Shown here one piece after another: positions 41,334 to 52,721 of a DNA stretch of 64,000 nt (position 1 is its first letter; each line of letters begins with the position of its first letter). This stretch comes from Eledone cirrhosa (taxonomy: Eukaryota), in the NCBI GenBank assembly GCA_964016885.1, contig OZ024743.1, positions 343,542,001-343,606,000 of the forward strand, read 5' to 3'. A model generated the notes under the pieces. That model did no database searches and was not told the origin of the DNA. It worked only from the letters and a program-made list of their open reading frames with translations. Made by a program: the position numbers and the translations under genes.

Positions 41334-41498
41334 TTCTTGTTTATGATGATAATGGGCACACAGATGATGACACTGATTCTGTGGAAGCTTCCAGTGAGAC
41401 AGCACCCGCTCACCCACACAAGATGCCACATGTGGAGATGGTGCAGCCTGCCAAGACACAGCAAGAAATTGAACAGGAGTCCAAAGTTGAAAAATGGG
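41334..41498 (+). CDS. DYNC1I: Dynein IC exon (V)[12 protein letters not shown]...KVEKW
   Basis: tttAG|...tggg|GTAAGA, 165 nt, phase 1-1; joins in frame to 42662. Confidence 0.9.
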
Positions 41499-44400
41499 GT
41501 AAGAGAATTGTTATGTTTCATCACCATAAACTAGCTTCATTTTCATCATCTCTATAATCATCATCATCATGAATGTCCATTTTTCCTTGCTAGCTATAGT
41601 TGAATGGGTCATCACAGACCAAATCAGTACTTAATCAGAACCACTGACTTCTCAGACCAGCTAGGGGCCATATCTCGTTTACATACACTTCTGCACTCTG
41701 TAGAGTATGCCAGTTACATTTTAGCATGGTACCAGTACTAGGGAAGATGTCATGATTTTGGCATAGCTGAAGAATCTTCTTGGCTTTTTGTTTAGCAAGT
41801 TTTTTATGGTTGGAAAACTTGCCAAACATTTTTTAAATGCTGGTGGATTGACAGAATTCCTAGAGGGTTGGTCAAAAGGCCTTGCAGCATTTGTCTCAGC
41901 TCTTTGAATTCTGAATTCAATACCACAGCTTTGCCTTTCACCCTTCTGAGGTCAATAAAATGAAGTATCAGTCAAGTACTGGGTTCAATTTAATCAATTT
42001 ACTTCTCTCCAAAATTGCTGAACTGGTGCCTAAATGATCATCAATAGATCTTCAATGCTTAGTCTCTCTGATCTGACTCGTCTCCAATTGTGACAATCCA
42101 TTCATTCCATGCAGCATATAAGGCAGACGTAAAATGGTGATGTTGATGATCCATCATCATCTGCTTTTCCATGCTAGTATGGGTTGGTCAAGAAATTCTA
42201 TGGCCAGAAGCCTTTTCTGATATCAACCCATAGTTTTATTTTCAACTATGGTATACACTGCTGATCTTTTGAACTGTTAAGCTGCAGGATGTATTGTTTA
42301 TTGCTTAAACTGTGGCAATATGAAGATGTACACACACATATGAATATGTGAAGGTACAGACAGGCTTTCACACTGTTTGCACCTATTAAATTTACTGAGA
42401 AGGCATTGGTTGGTTCAAAGCTATAGTAAAAGACACTTGCCGAAGATGGCACACAATGAGATTGTTATATATCAATAACTCTTTGCAGTACCACAATGCT
42501 ATAGCTGATGAATTTTAAGCATCAGAGAAAGACTAGTTATAGACATAAGAGATTATAATGTTATATGTATACTTGTATTAGTTTGTGGTTGTTTTTCTTT
42601 ATATCTTAACAATCTGCTCATCAAGTTTTGCCTCTAACTCTATTTCCATAATAACTGTCAGTGAAAGAACTGAGTGATGATGAAAGGAAACAGATTATGG
42701 TCTCAGAGGACTTCCAGAACTTCTTCAATCGTTCATCTCGTCTTATTGAACGTGTCCTTGCTGAGAATGAGACAGACATGTATATTGACTATGTTGGTAG
42801 TGATAAAGAAGGCAAAGATGAGTAAGTACTATGGTTTTTTTTTCCCTATAAATTTCTACTTCTCAGACATTTCAATACATGGGATGTGGTCCAAAACAAG
42901 CCTCATCATCATCTTCAGTAGCAGCATCATCACCATCAACATGTTCACTTTTTTCCTGCTGGTTGGATTGGTAAGACATTTTTGAGGCAGCATTCTGTAG
43001 CCAGATGCCCTTCCTGATACCAACCCTTACTTTGTTAAAACTTTTTTTTTTACATTACTGCTCATTATGTGCCAACAGGACTTTTCTTTATACGAGACAA
43101 ATAAACATCACCATTTTATATTTGACATCGTTAGTGAAGTGACAAACACAGAAACACACACACATAGATGATGAGCATCATACAGTTTCCATGTACCAAT
43201 TCCACTCAAAAGGCATTGCTCTGCCAGTGGCTATAGTAGAAGACACTTGCCCAAGGTGCTCTACAGTAGTATAGAACCCAAAAGCATGTGGTTGCAAAGT
43301 GAACCCCTTAGCCACATAGCCATGCCTGCACATATCATACACATCATTATCATATTCTTTTATTCTTTTACTGGTTCCAGTCATTTGACTGTAGTCATGA
43401 TGGGACAACACCTTCATTTTGTTCATTATATCAACCCTAGAACTTACTTTTTTCAAGTCTGGTACTTATTTGATTAATCTCTTTTTTTGTTAAACTGTTA
43501 AGTTACGTGACATAAACACAGACACAAACATACATATATACATAAATACAGACATGATAACATAAATACATACATACATGCACACCCATGCTAGTGTGGA
43601 AAATGGACATAAAATGGTGATGATGATGATGACACACATGCACACACAAAAGGGCTTCTGCAGTTTCTATTGTCAGATTCCATTCACAAAGCATTGGTCA
43701 ACTTATGGCTAGAGTAGAAGACACTTGCCCATGGTGCCATGTCACAGGACTGAACCCAGAACCAACTGGCTGTGAAGGTAACTTAACCACTCAGCACTTA
43801 TACACTTAAAAAAGTATATATATATATCAAAGAAAGTTGATTTTCTCTTCTGTAAAATTCTTGCAGAATATTCTCTAGTAAACTTAACAGACTATATACA
43901 TTATTTATATGAAAGATATTTGTATTACTTTCTATCCACCCTAATCACATTACATTATTCTTTTGAGTTAATTTTATGTTCAATCTTCTTTGTATAGTGA
44001 CCAGTTTGCCGGAGATCGTCTGAAATTAAACAGGTATTTCTTTGATGAAAGATGGTCAAAGCATCGTACCATTACTAGTCTGGACTGGTCCACTCAGGTT
44101 TGTCACCCATTACTTGATGTTTAATTGAAGCATATTATATATAGCTATAACTATGATTTAACTCTTTTATGAAATTTTTAGCAACAACAACAAAACTATT
44201 ACATAAAAATTGTTACATTCACTTTTTATTTATTTCATGAAATCAACGTTTTTGTTGCCCTCTTGATGAGACACGCACATACACACTTATATAACAGGTT
44301 TCCCCCACAGTTTCCATCTAGCAAAGTCACTCACAAGACATTGGTCGACCCAATATTATAGTAAAAGGCACATGCCCAAGGTGCCACACAGTAAGATAGA

Positions 44401-46052
44401 ACCTGAAACCACTTAGTTGAAAGGAGAACTTCTTAGACACATAGCCTTGCCTGTTTCAAATTTAACATCATTTCTTTTGTATTGAACCCCAAAGCAAAAT
44501 AATTGCTTTTTTTTTTGTAAGAATTTCTGGCAAAAAAAATCTATCTTTACTATTAGAACTCCTCCCTCATATAAAGTACCATTCTAATGGATTTCATGTT
44601 TAATCTTCAGCATCCTGAGCTGTTAGTTGCTTCCTACAATACCAATGAAGAGTCTCCACATGATCCAGATGGTGTGGTATTAGTATGGAACTCCAAATTT
44701 AAGAAAGACACACCCGAATTTACATTTCATTGTCAGGTAGGTCTTGGTTATTTTTTGTTTGTCTTATTCTCAGCTGATTAAAACTTACAGTCTATATATA
44801 AGATGTGAAATTGTGTGTATGAATTCAGTATTTAAATCTCTCCCAGGGAACAGACTGACATATGAAGTTTTATCAAAAAGTTCCTGGACTAATTATGCTT
44901 TAAAAAAACTAATATATTTACCTAAGTTTTAACATCATCTCCTTTGAAATAGTCACCTTGCACAGCAATATACCGGTCCCAGCATTCCTGCCACTTTTGC
45001 AATTCAGCCTTGAAGTCATTTTCTGTAAGCGAGTTGAGGACCTTCTGTGATTTACTCTGGATCTTGGCAATGATGTTAAAACAGCAACCCTTGAGCTGCA
45101 TTTTCAGCTTGGAGAAGAGATGGAAGTCCGCAGGTGCTAAATCTTCCGCGGGTGCGGAAGCGATACAATGTTGTTTTTGGTGAGAAACTCCTGAGTGAGG
45201 AGAGCTCAGTGACAGCACAAGTGATTCGGACAATGAAACTTGTGAAAATGGTGAGGAAAGTAGTGATTCAGGTGAACAAATTCAGTGTGGCCTTTGCACA
45301 GCTGATACTAATAGGAATTGTGGATATTATGTAAATCTAGATGAAGGGTGGGTAGACACATTTTTTACTGCACCTTGTGTTGATTCTCTCCATTAGTTTG
45401 CTTACAATCTTGAGCTGTGTATGTTACTATTTTTTTGCTCAGGAGCCCAGGTGGAGGGTAAAGTTAGACACAGGAGTCCAGGTCTGAGAGGGTTAATTAT
45501 ATTTGAAAAAAATATGTACACAACCAGAATCAATATTTCTAGGTAAATTTAGGAACCCTTGCATTAAAGAATATTTCATTTTATCACTGCTAAAGACTAC
45601 ATAAGAGAAAACTTGTCTACAAGAATGCGATACATTGACATTTGGTTGAAGCTAATTTCGATATCCTTTAGAGCAGTCATCTTAAAGTTTTATGTGTACA
45701 TAATGTTTATTAATTATCCTCTCTTTCATTCACATTTTCCTGTAGTCTGCTGTGATGTCAAGTTGTTTTGCCAATTTCCACCCAAACTTGGTAGTTGGAG
45801 GCACCTATTCTGGTCAAATAGTTCTATGGGACAACAGAGTGAATAAACGAACACCTGTCCAACGTACTCCACTCACTGCAGCGGCTCACACGGTAAGTAT
45901 CCTACCACTGCACTAATAACAAACATTTATTGATGAAAGGACTCAAAACTAGTAATAGTCAAATATGTTTTATGTAGGAATTGACTGTAACTTAAGGTTT
46001 TGCTTCTCGAGGCAAAACCTGAGTTATAGTCAACTTCTACATATATCTTGTA

Positions 46053-46094
<42 letters not shown>

Positions 46095-49000
46095 AGTGTT
46101 TGTGTGTGTATAAAAAAATGTTATTGATTTAATAAGTGTTGTAAATAGTTCTGTGACTGTGTGTCTTACTTTTCTACCATTTGTTTACTTGAATCTACTG
46201 ATATATTGATTTAACAGCATCCTGTCTACTGCATTAAAGTGGTTGGGACCCAGAATGCTCACAACTTAATCAGTGTGTCTACTGATGGCAAGATCTGTTG
46301 CTGGAGTTTGGATATGTTATCACAACCTCAAGTAAGGATTTTTTTTTTCTTGTATTATCATCATCATCACAATCATTGGTTAACGTCCATTTTCCACGCT
46401 AGCATGGGTAGGACGGGCTGTCCCTTTGGGAGAGATCAGGTCGGAGGACCGTGCTTCACTCACACGGGTCTGATTTTGGCTTGGTTTCTATAGCTGGATG
46501 CCCTTCATAACACCAACTACATTTACAGTGTGTACTGTTGCTTTTTGTTGTGACACCTACACAACCACTTTACAGTGTGGGCCGAGCACTTTTTGGCATG
46601 ACTCCCTGATTCTTGACTTTTATGTTAATTTACATATTCTTGGCTATAAATTATGCTAAATACCTCTGGCTATGTTAATCAATATTCATGGCTATAATCA
46701 TCATTTTATGTTCATTTTCTGTGCTGACATGGGTTGAACAGGTTGTCATGATCTAAGACAAGACGGTCGATATTTTGGCATTGTTTCTTCTGTTGGATAC
46801 CAATTGCTTCACAGTATGTACTGGATGTATTTTATTGTGATACCAGCACTAACACATTACAAAATGAACTGGGTGCATTTTATCATCGCACCAGCACTAG
46901 AGAAGTTGTCAGCAAAAATATAGATTATGCTAATTTCCTCAATGAATTTCTTCAACTGTATCTAGACATTATGTGTTAAAAACAGTATTTTTGCTGTTGG
47001 AACATAAAGTAGTCATTGCAGATGACTACTTACTTAATCAGCTTTCATAGCTTTTATCTTCTTCATTTTACAGCCTCTTTCCGTGCTGGCATGGGTTGGA
47101 TAGGACTTTTTGCGGTAGAATTTTATGGCTGGATGCCCTTCCTGCTGCCATCCCTTTTAATTGAGCATATGGCATGCAGCGATATGGGGGTACCTAGTCT
47201 AAAAGCTAGGGTGTAAATGAATGCTTGGGATCTCAGGCTTATTATTAATTTCAAATACCACTAAGCTCAGCTTTGCCTTTCATCCTTTTGAGGTTGAGAA
47301 AATAAAATACCAGTTTATGGTGGTATATTGATAGATTTGTTAATGCCAGATCAGATATTTACAGATGTTTTACAGTATTCTGCTGTGGCCTACTTTAACA
47401 ATGCCAGCTGATCCTTGGGTTTCTTTAGCAGAGTTCACCTTATTACAAGCATTTGGATCAATTCTAGTGATTTTCATAATTCTTCTTTATCTACATTGAT
47501 TTATTTGTTAACCCTTTAGCATTTACATTACTCTATATATACTATTGTATTTTTGTGGTAAAGGCTTTATTTCTCATAATTATCTCACATAATATTGAAT
47601 CTATGAGATTTTGATATTTATTTTAACAATACCTTAACATAAGAATGAGCAGCCGGTTATGGCTGGTTTAAACAGAAAGAGGTGAGAGAATTCTGGCCAG
47701 ATACAGCCGGTTTAAATGCTAAAGGGTTAAGGAATCTATGTCTGTATTACTAAGTAGATTTCCTTCATTATCTTATATTGTAGGATAGCATGGAACTTCA
47801 ACATCGACAAAGCAAAGCAGTGGCTGTGACATGTTTCTCTTTCTTAGCTGGTGATGTGAACAACTTTGTTGTGGGCAGTGAAGACTGTACAGTTTACACT
47901 GCATCTCGGCATGGCAGGTTTGTAAATATTTATGTTCTATAATTAACCATTTTATATTCTTTTATTCTTTTACTGGTTTCTGTCAGTAGACTGTGGCCAT
48001 GCTGGGGCATGACTTTGATTTAGTCAATCATACCCCCCCTGCACTTATTTTTTCAAGTCTGGCACTTATTTTATTGATTGCTTTTTTAGCAAACACTTAT
48101 ACAGTTTCTGTCTACTGAATTCCACTTGCAAAGCATCAGTCAACCCAAAGCTATAGCAGGTGGCACATGCCCAAAGTGCCACACAGCATGACTGAACCCA
48201 CAACCAACTCATTGCCAAGCAAACTCTTTAACCACTTAGCCATCTTGTCTGATGATCTTGCGTGAGCTGAGGTGAAACTCCAGAGTAACAAGGCTCACTG
48301 CTTAGCCATAATAAATAACAATGTACATATACAAAAGTCTTTTGCCAGTGTCAGAGAATAGACAGACCACAAACGATCGACAGAGAAGAAGGCCAAGCTG
48401 AATTTTAGCTGGGCTTAAATATTTGTATGTTTTATGATAGCTATTTCTAGTTATGATGCTGTAGCAAAATTAGCATATGTTTTGTAGCTGTGATAATTTT
48501 GCTATAAATATATCAGTTCAGTTATGGATAACTGCTGATGGATTGAATATAAATCAATCCAGCTATAGTCAATAACTAGTAATGATTGAATATAACAGTT
48601 CAGCTACGGATAATAATTAGTGATGAATTAAATATTTCTATCCAGTTGTTTATTTATTTATTTATTTAGTGTGCAGATGCCCAGGGTTGGGGACTGCACA
48701 TATGACAGTGGTCAGGGTTCAAAGGATGAAGTAATTCAGTTATTTCAGTATGGTTTCTTTTAACTGTAATGAACAGACTGAAGTTTGTATGTACTTTGTA
48801 TGTGGTTGAGAGAGAAAAATCTCATTATATAACTTCTCTATTTTGTATTGCAGTAAAGCTGGTATAACTGAGTCCTTTGAAGGTCACCAAGGTCCTGTGA
48901 CTGGTATTGATTGCCATAATGTACCTGGTCAGATAGATTTCTCTCCATACTTCCTGACATCCTCTTTTGACTGGACCATTAAGCTGTGGAGTAACCGGGT

Positions 49001-52000
49001 AAGTTACATCTGCATCTTTACAGTGTGGGTGTTGGGGTGTAAAATACTTGTTTTAAGATTTGTTATTTTAACACAAATAGTGTCTGTCTTAGTCGTGTTA
49101 TGGTTGGTTCTTATTTCTTATTTGCCACAGGACTTGAAGTATATCCACTCATTTGAAGACAACAATGACTATGTCTACGATGTACAATGGTCTCCCATAC
49201 ATCCAGCCATGTTTGCCAGCGTTGATGGAATGGGTCGATTGGATTTGTGGCACCTTAATAATGAAACTGAAGTAATTTATGCTTATTATTATTGTCTTTC
49301 GTGTCTATTTGTTACATGTGATGAAACAACAAAGAAATACATATTATTGTGTTTGTGTGTATGTGTGTTTATTAACTCAGACATCATCATCGTCATTTTT
49401 GTTCTCTCTTCACTTTCCAGTATGTCTATAAACCTGTGGATTGTGGAAGTGGTCACAGTTAGGGATGGTGCTTGACTATTTTGCAGTTGCACATACACAC
49501 ACACACAATTGCTAAGTTTAATTTTTAAAAACAGTCAGGTCTGTGCCCCTCAAAAATTAATTCTGAGCACCTTTGAGGTCTGTGCCATAAACAGCTGCCT
49601 AATTGGCCTCATGGCAGCACTATATCTGGTCACAATGAAAGCAGACTAGGTGGACTTGGTCAGAATACAGTAGTAGGTATTCCTCTATTCATATCATTAG
49701 TGGTGTATATCTAGCACAGTGTTGATGGTGAATTGATGTACAAGTGGTTAGGTATTCTTTAGACATGTGCACCCATAACGGAATTCCCTAGCTAAATCAG
49801 TGTGACACAATGTGTTGTAAGGTTGGATCTTTGAATTAAACCACAATTCATCCGGCTAGCCTTCACATAGTTTCTCTCTACTCAGTTTTACTCGCAAGAC
49901 TTAGATCAACCTGATGCTATGGTAAATAAACTTGCCCAAGATGTTACTCAGTGGGATGAATTCCAGGATTTTGAAATTGTGATGTGAACTTCTTAACCAC
50001 TCAGCTGTGCCTGCGTCCATGCACACTCACATAACACTATTATAAGAAAACATTTGTAAAAATAGTGAAAAATGTTTGCTGTTTTTATCTGTGGAAAAAT
50101 TATTATATGTATTTTGGAGTTGTATTTAGCAATTGAGTGGCATTGAAATTATGACAGTCACACAAGGAGTGTGACAAAAAAAAAAAAGTGAGTTTGTGTG
50201 TTTTTTTAATGATTAACCCATTTGATACTAAACCACCCTTGTTTCTTTTAAACAAGATGAAGTTTGTATGTACTTTACCAAAGTAGAGTTTAAACCGAAA
50301 TAGAGTTTAACCCTTTAGCAGTTACATTACTCTATATTTACTATTGTATTTTCATGGTAAAGGCTTTATCTCATATAATTATCTCGCATAATATCGAATC
50401 TATGAGATTTTGATATTATTTATTTTGAGAACAATACCTTAAAGTTGGTATGAGGAGCCAGTTATGGCTGGTTTGAACAGAAAGAGGCGAGAGAATTCTG
50501 GCCAGATACGGCCGGTTTAAATGCTAAAAGGTTAAAGTTGTAGTCATCAATTTATCTAAACTTTACATCATAATTTTATTTCAGAAGCTTTAGCTATTTT
50601 CTAAACACCAACTTATTGATGAAAAAGTTAATTGCATTAATTACTTAGTCCCTCCAAATTCTTGATTATTCCAAAATTATTTGAAAATTACAGGCAGTGT
50701 CTTTTATTAGATATATGATAATGAAGGGTAAATTGCAAAATGCTTCTTCCTTGATGTTTTTGCTATTATATAAATGTTTTGTTTGTTGTATTACAGGTAC
50801 CGACTGCTACAGCTGTTGTTGACAATAATGTTGCTTTAAACCGGTGCAGATGGCACCAAAGTGGACATTACATTGCAGCTGGTGATGACAATGGACGTAT
50901 TCATGTATATGATGTTGGCGAGGTTTGTCTTTTGTTTTTAGCTTAGATATTTCTTCTTTTTTTTTTGTGTCATCTCTGTATGCGAATGAATTGCAGATGC
51001 TTAAAATATGGCCAGTGATAAATGTTATTATTTTACTTTATCATAGACTATGGCCATGCTGGGTCACCACCAACATTAGGTTGTGAAAAGAAATAGAATG
51101 AGACAGCTGGGCCATGTTTGGAGGAAAGAAGAAAGTGACTGGGTGAAAGGAGCGATGGAAGTGAAAGGAAGTAGATGTAGGGGAAGACATGGCTAAAGAT
51201 GATGGAGAAGGAAACGAAAGTCAAGGGATTGGTGAGGGGCATGCAAAGAATAGAGCAACATGGAGAAACTTGTTATGGGGCTCACAAGTTTAAACCCTGC
51301 TTTAGCAGAGAAAGTGAATCATAAAACACTTGTTTTGCATGATGGCTATTGTATAACACTGACAACAACTAATGTTGTGAATTGACAAAATGATTAGTGT
51401 ATAGGGAAAAAATGCCTTGCAGAATTTGTTCCTATTTTAGTTCAAATCCCACTGAGGTCAACTTTGCCTTTCATACTTTTGGGGTTCATGAAATAAAGTA
51501 CAAGTCCAAGACTGGCAGAATTGTTAATGCATTGGACAGGATGTCTTGCAGTATTTATTCTGGCTCTTTGCATTTTGAATACAAATCCTACTTGCATGGT
51601 AGACTTAATCTGTCACCTGATTTAACACTGTTGATTGGCTCTTGAGAGCCTCTAGTGAAGTATACTCTGATGCAAGCATTTGAATCAGATCTCCAGTTTG
51701 AGGATATATTTCTCCCTCCACCCTCACCAATCTTGGAGGCACTGAAAAGGGCCATAAGTACTGCTTTTCTCTCGATGACTGAACAGTAAAGAACAAAAAA
51801 CTGAGAATGGACACTTCAAAATTTTCCCAGCCTCAGAGGTTTCTTCTATGAGAATGGGAAACCTTCAGACTTACAGATAAGCACCTCTCAGCCATTTTAA
51901 TTTATAGAAAAGCAAAGGATGTTTTGATCCTTCATCATTTTCTACTGCTTCCAATACCTGCAACCATAGAAAAGCAAATGTAAAAACTATGATGGGGGAT

Positions 52001-52208
52001 CATGGTGATGATTGTATGTTTGTGTGCATTGCCTTAGTTTGCTGAATACTTTGTTTATATGAATTTCTTTCTTTTCTAGCATATTGCTAACCCAAAGAAT
52101 GATGAATGGTCATGTTTCCGACAAACGTTGCAAGAACTGAAGAGCCATGCTGTCGAACGTGAAGAAGATTCTTCATTTATGGGATCAATGTCAATGCCAC
52201 TACGGTAA
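41334..52208 (+). CDS. DYNC1I: Cytoplasmic dynein 1 intermediate chain, 3' core exons: join(41334-41498,42662-42821,43998-44097,44611-44736,45746-45892,46218-46331,47784-47917,48854-48998,49131-49271,50797-50922,52080-52208). The N-terminal exons are upstream of the window.
   Basis: All introns are GT-AG and the phases join into one open frame (1487 nt plus 1 upstream nt, 495 aa and stop). Diagnostic IC motifs: [133 protein letters not shown]. Confidence 0.97.
42662..42821 (+). CDS. DYNC1I: Dynein IC exon (V)[34 protein letters not shown]...GKD
   Basis: cAG|...ga|GTAAGT; Roadblock/LC7-binding helix motif. Confidence 0.96.
43180..43795 (-). mobile_element. Two CORE-like SINE copies plus other SINE fragments; the family also occurs near 2250, 42360, 44300, 48100, 49870, 54900 and 56890
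   Basis: Reverse complement of ggttc...cac...gcaccttgggcaagtgtcttctactatagcc...caatgccttgtgagtggaat motifs. Confidence 0.7.
43998..44097 (+). CDS. DYNC1I: Dynein IC exon [33 protein letters not shown]
   Basis: tatAG|...cag|GTTTGT; conserved [10 protein letters not shown]. Confidence 0.97.
44611..44736 (+). CDS. DYNC1I: Dynein IC WD40 exon HPELLVASY...FHCQ
   Basis: ttcAG|...cag|GTAGGT. Confidence 0.97.
44861..45260 (-). mobile_element. Mariner/Tc1 transposase remnant (C-terminus and probable terminus)
   Basis: [18 protein letters not shown] ... [20 protein letters not shown] is the mariner (YSP)DLAPxDF...GxYF C-terminus. TA plus a TIR-like tcaaaaagttcc lies near 44861-44890. Confidence 0.88.
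45746..45892 (+). CDS. DYNC1I: Dynein IC WD40 exon [29 protein letters not shown]...AAHT
   Basis: tgtAG|...acg|GTAAGT. Confidence 0.97.
46218..46331 (+). CDS. DYNC1I: Dynein IC WD40 exon [25 protein letters not shown]...SQPQ
   Basis: aacAG|...caa|GTAAGG. Confidence 0.97.
47512..47726. mobile_element. piggyBac-type MITE, copy 2 (opposite orientation to copy 1)
   Basis: TTAA|CCCTTTAGCATTTA...TAAATGCTAAAGGG|TTAA; internal sequence homologous to 5906-6113. Confidence 0.9.
47784..47917 (+). CDS. DYNC1I: Dynein IC WD40 exon [16 protein letters not shown]...[19 protein letters not shown]
   Basis: tgtAG|...cag|GTTTGT. Confidence 0.97.
48854..48998 (+). CDS. DYNC1I: Dynein IC WD40 exon [18 protein letters not shown]...[14 protein letters not shown]
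   Basis: tgcAG|...cgg|GTAAGT. Confidence 0.97.
49131..49271 (+). CDS. DYNC1I: Dynein IC WD40 exon [26 protein letters not shown]...NNETE
   Basis: cacAG|...gaa|GTAATT. Confidence 0.97.
50311..50531. mobile_element. piggyBac-type MITE, copy 3, probably nested in an older TTAA-CCC element (about 50217-50728)
   Basis: TTAA|CCCTTTAGCA...TGCTAAAAGG|TTAA; closely similar to 47512-47726. Confidence 0.88.
50797..50922 (+). CDS. DYNC1I: Dynein IC WD40 exon [19 protein letters not shown]...VYDVGE
   Basis: tacAG|...gag|GTTTGT. Confidence 0.97.
52080..52208 (+). CDS. DYNC1I: Dynein IC last coding exon [21 protein letters not shown]...MPLR*
   Basis: tctAG| acceptor; conserved PxxDEWxxFxxTLxE; TAA at 52206-52208. 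Confidence 0.95.
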   Translation, partial: HIANPKNDEWSCFRQTLQELKSHAVEREEDSSFMGSMSMPLR

Positions 52209-52715
52209 TTTTGTAAACACCAACCCACTTACCCCAAATTCTTGCACAGCTACTGAACATGAACAGCAGGCCATAGCTTCCAAGGAGACATACACAACAT
52301 CAGAAGAAGGAAAAAGAGACAGAGACAGTTGTGATGTTGAATAGTGTCATTGCATCATTTCAGACTTAAATAAGTTCTGACCTTCATTCAGTTAATAACT
52401 GCTTTGATTTAATTTAGCCTTGCCTTTTGTTTTCATTTGAATTACATCTTATTCTGCTGGCATATTTTGTTCATCATAGTTTTCACCAAAGAGAGAGAGA
52501 GCCTCTCTCTTAGTTATTATTTTTTTCTTATAATGAACAATCTAATTTAAGTATTTAGATTGGTCAAGAGAAGGTCTTAGGAAATGCATGTAATATTATC
52601 ATTATACAAAATACATATTATCTTTGTTTTCCAACATGGTTTGTTTGTTATATGAACAATTCTTTTTTTTTTTTGCTATAAGTAAAAAATTTGTTTTTAT
52701 TTAACAGAATCTAAC

Positions 52716-52721
52716 AATAAA
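52716..52721 (+). promoter_or_regulatory. Candidate polyadenylation signal of the dynein IC mRNA
   Basis: AATAAA about 510 nt after the stop, in U-rich context. Confidence 0.45.

Noticed and set aside
48843-49475. 210-aa single-exon WD40 ORF
   Set aside because: It is two dynein IC exons plus read-through of intron sequence.
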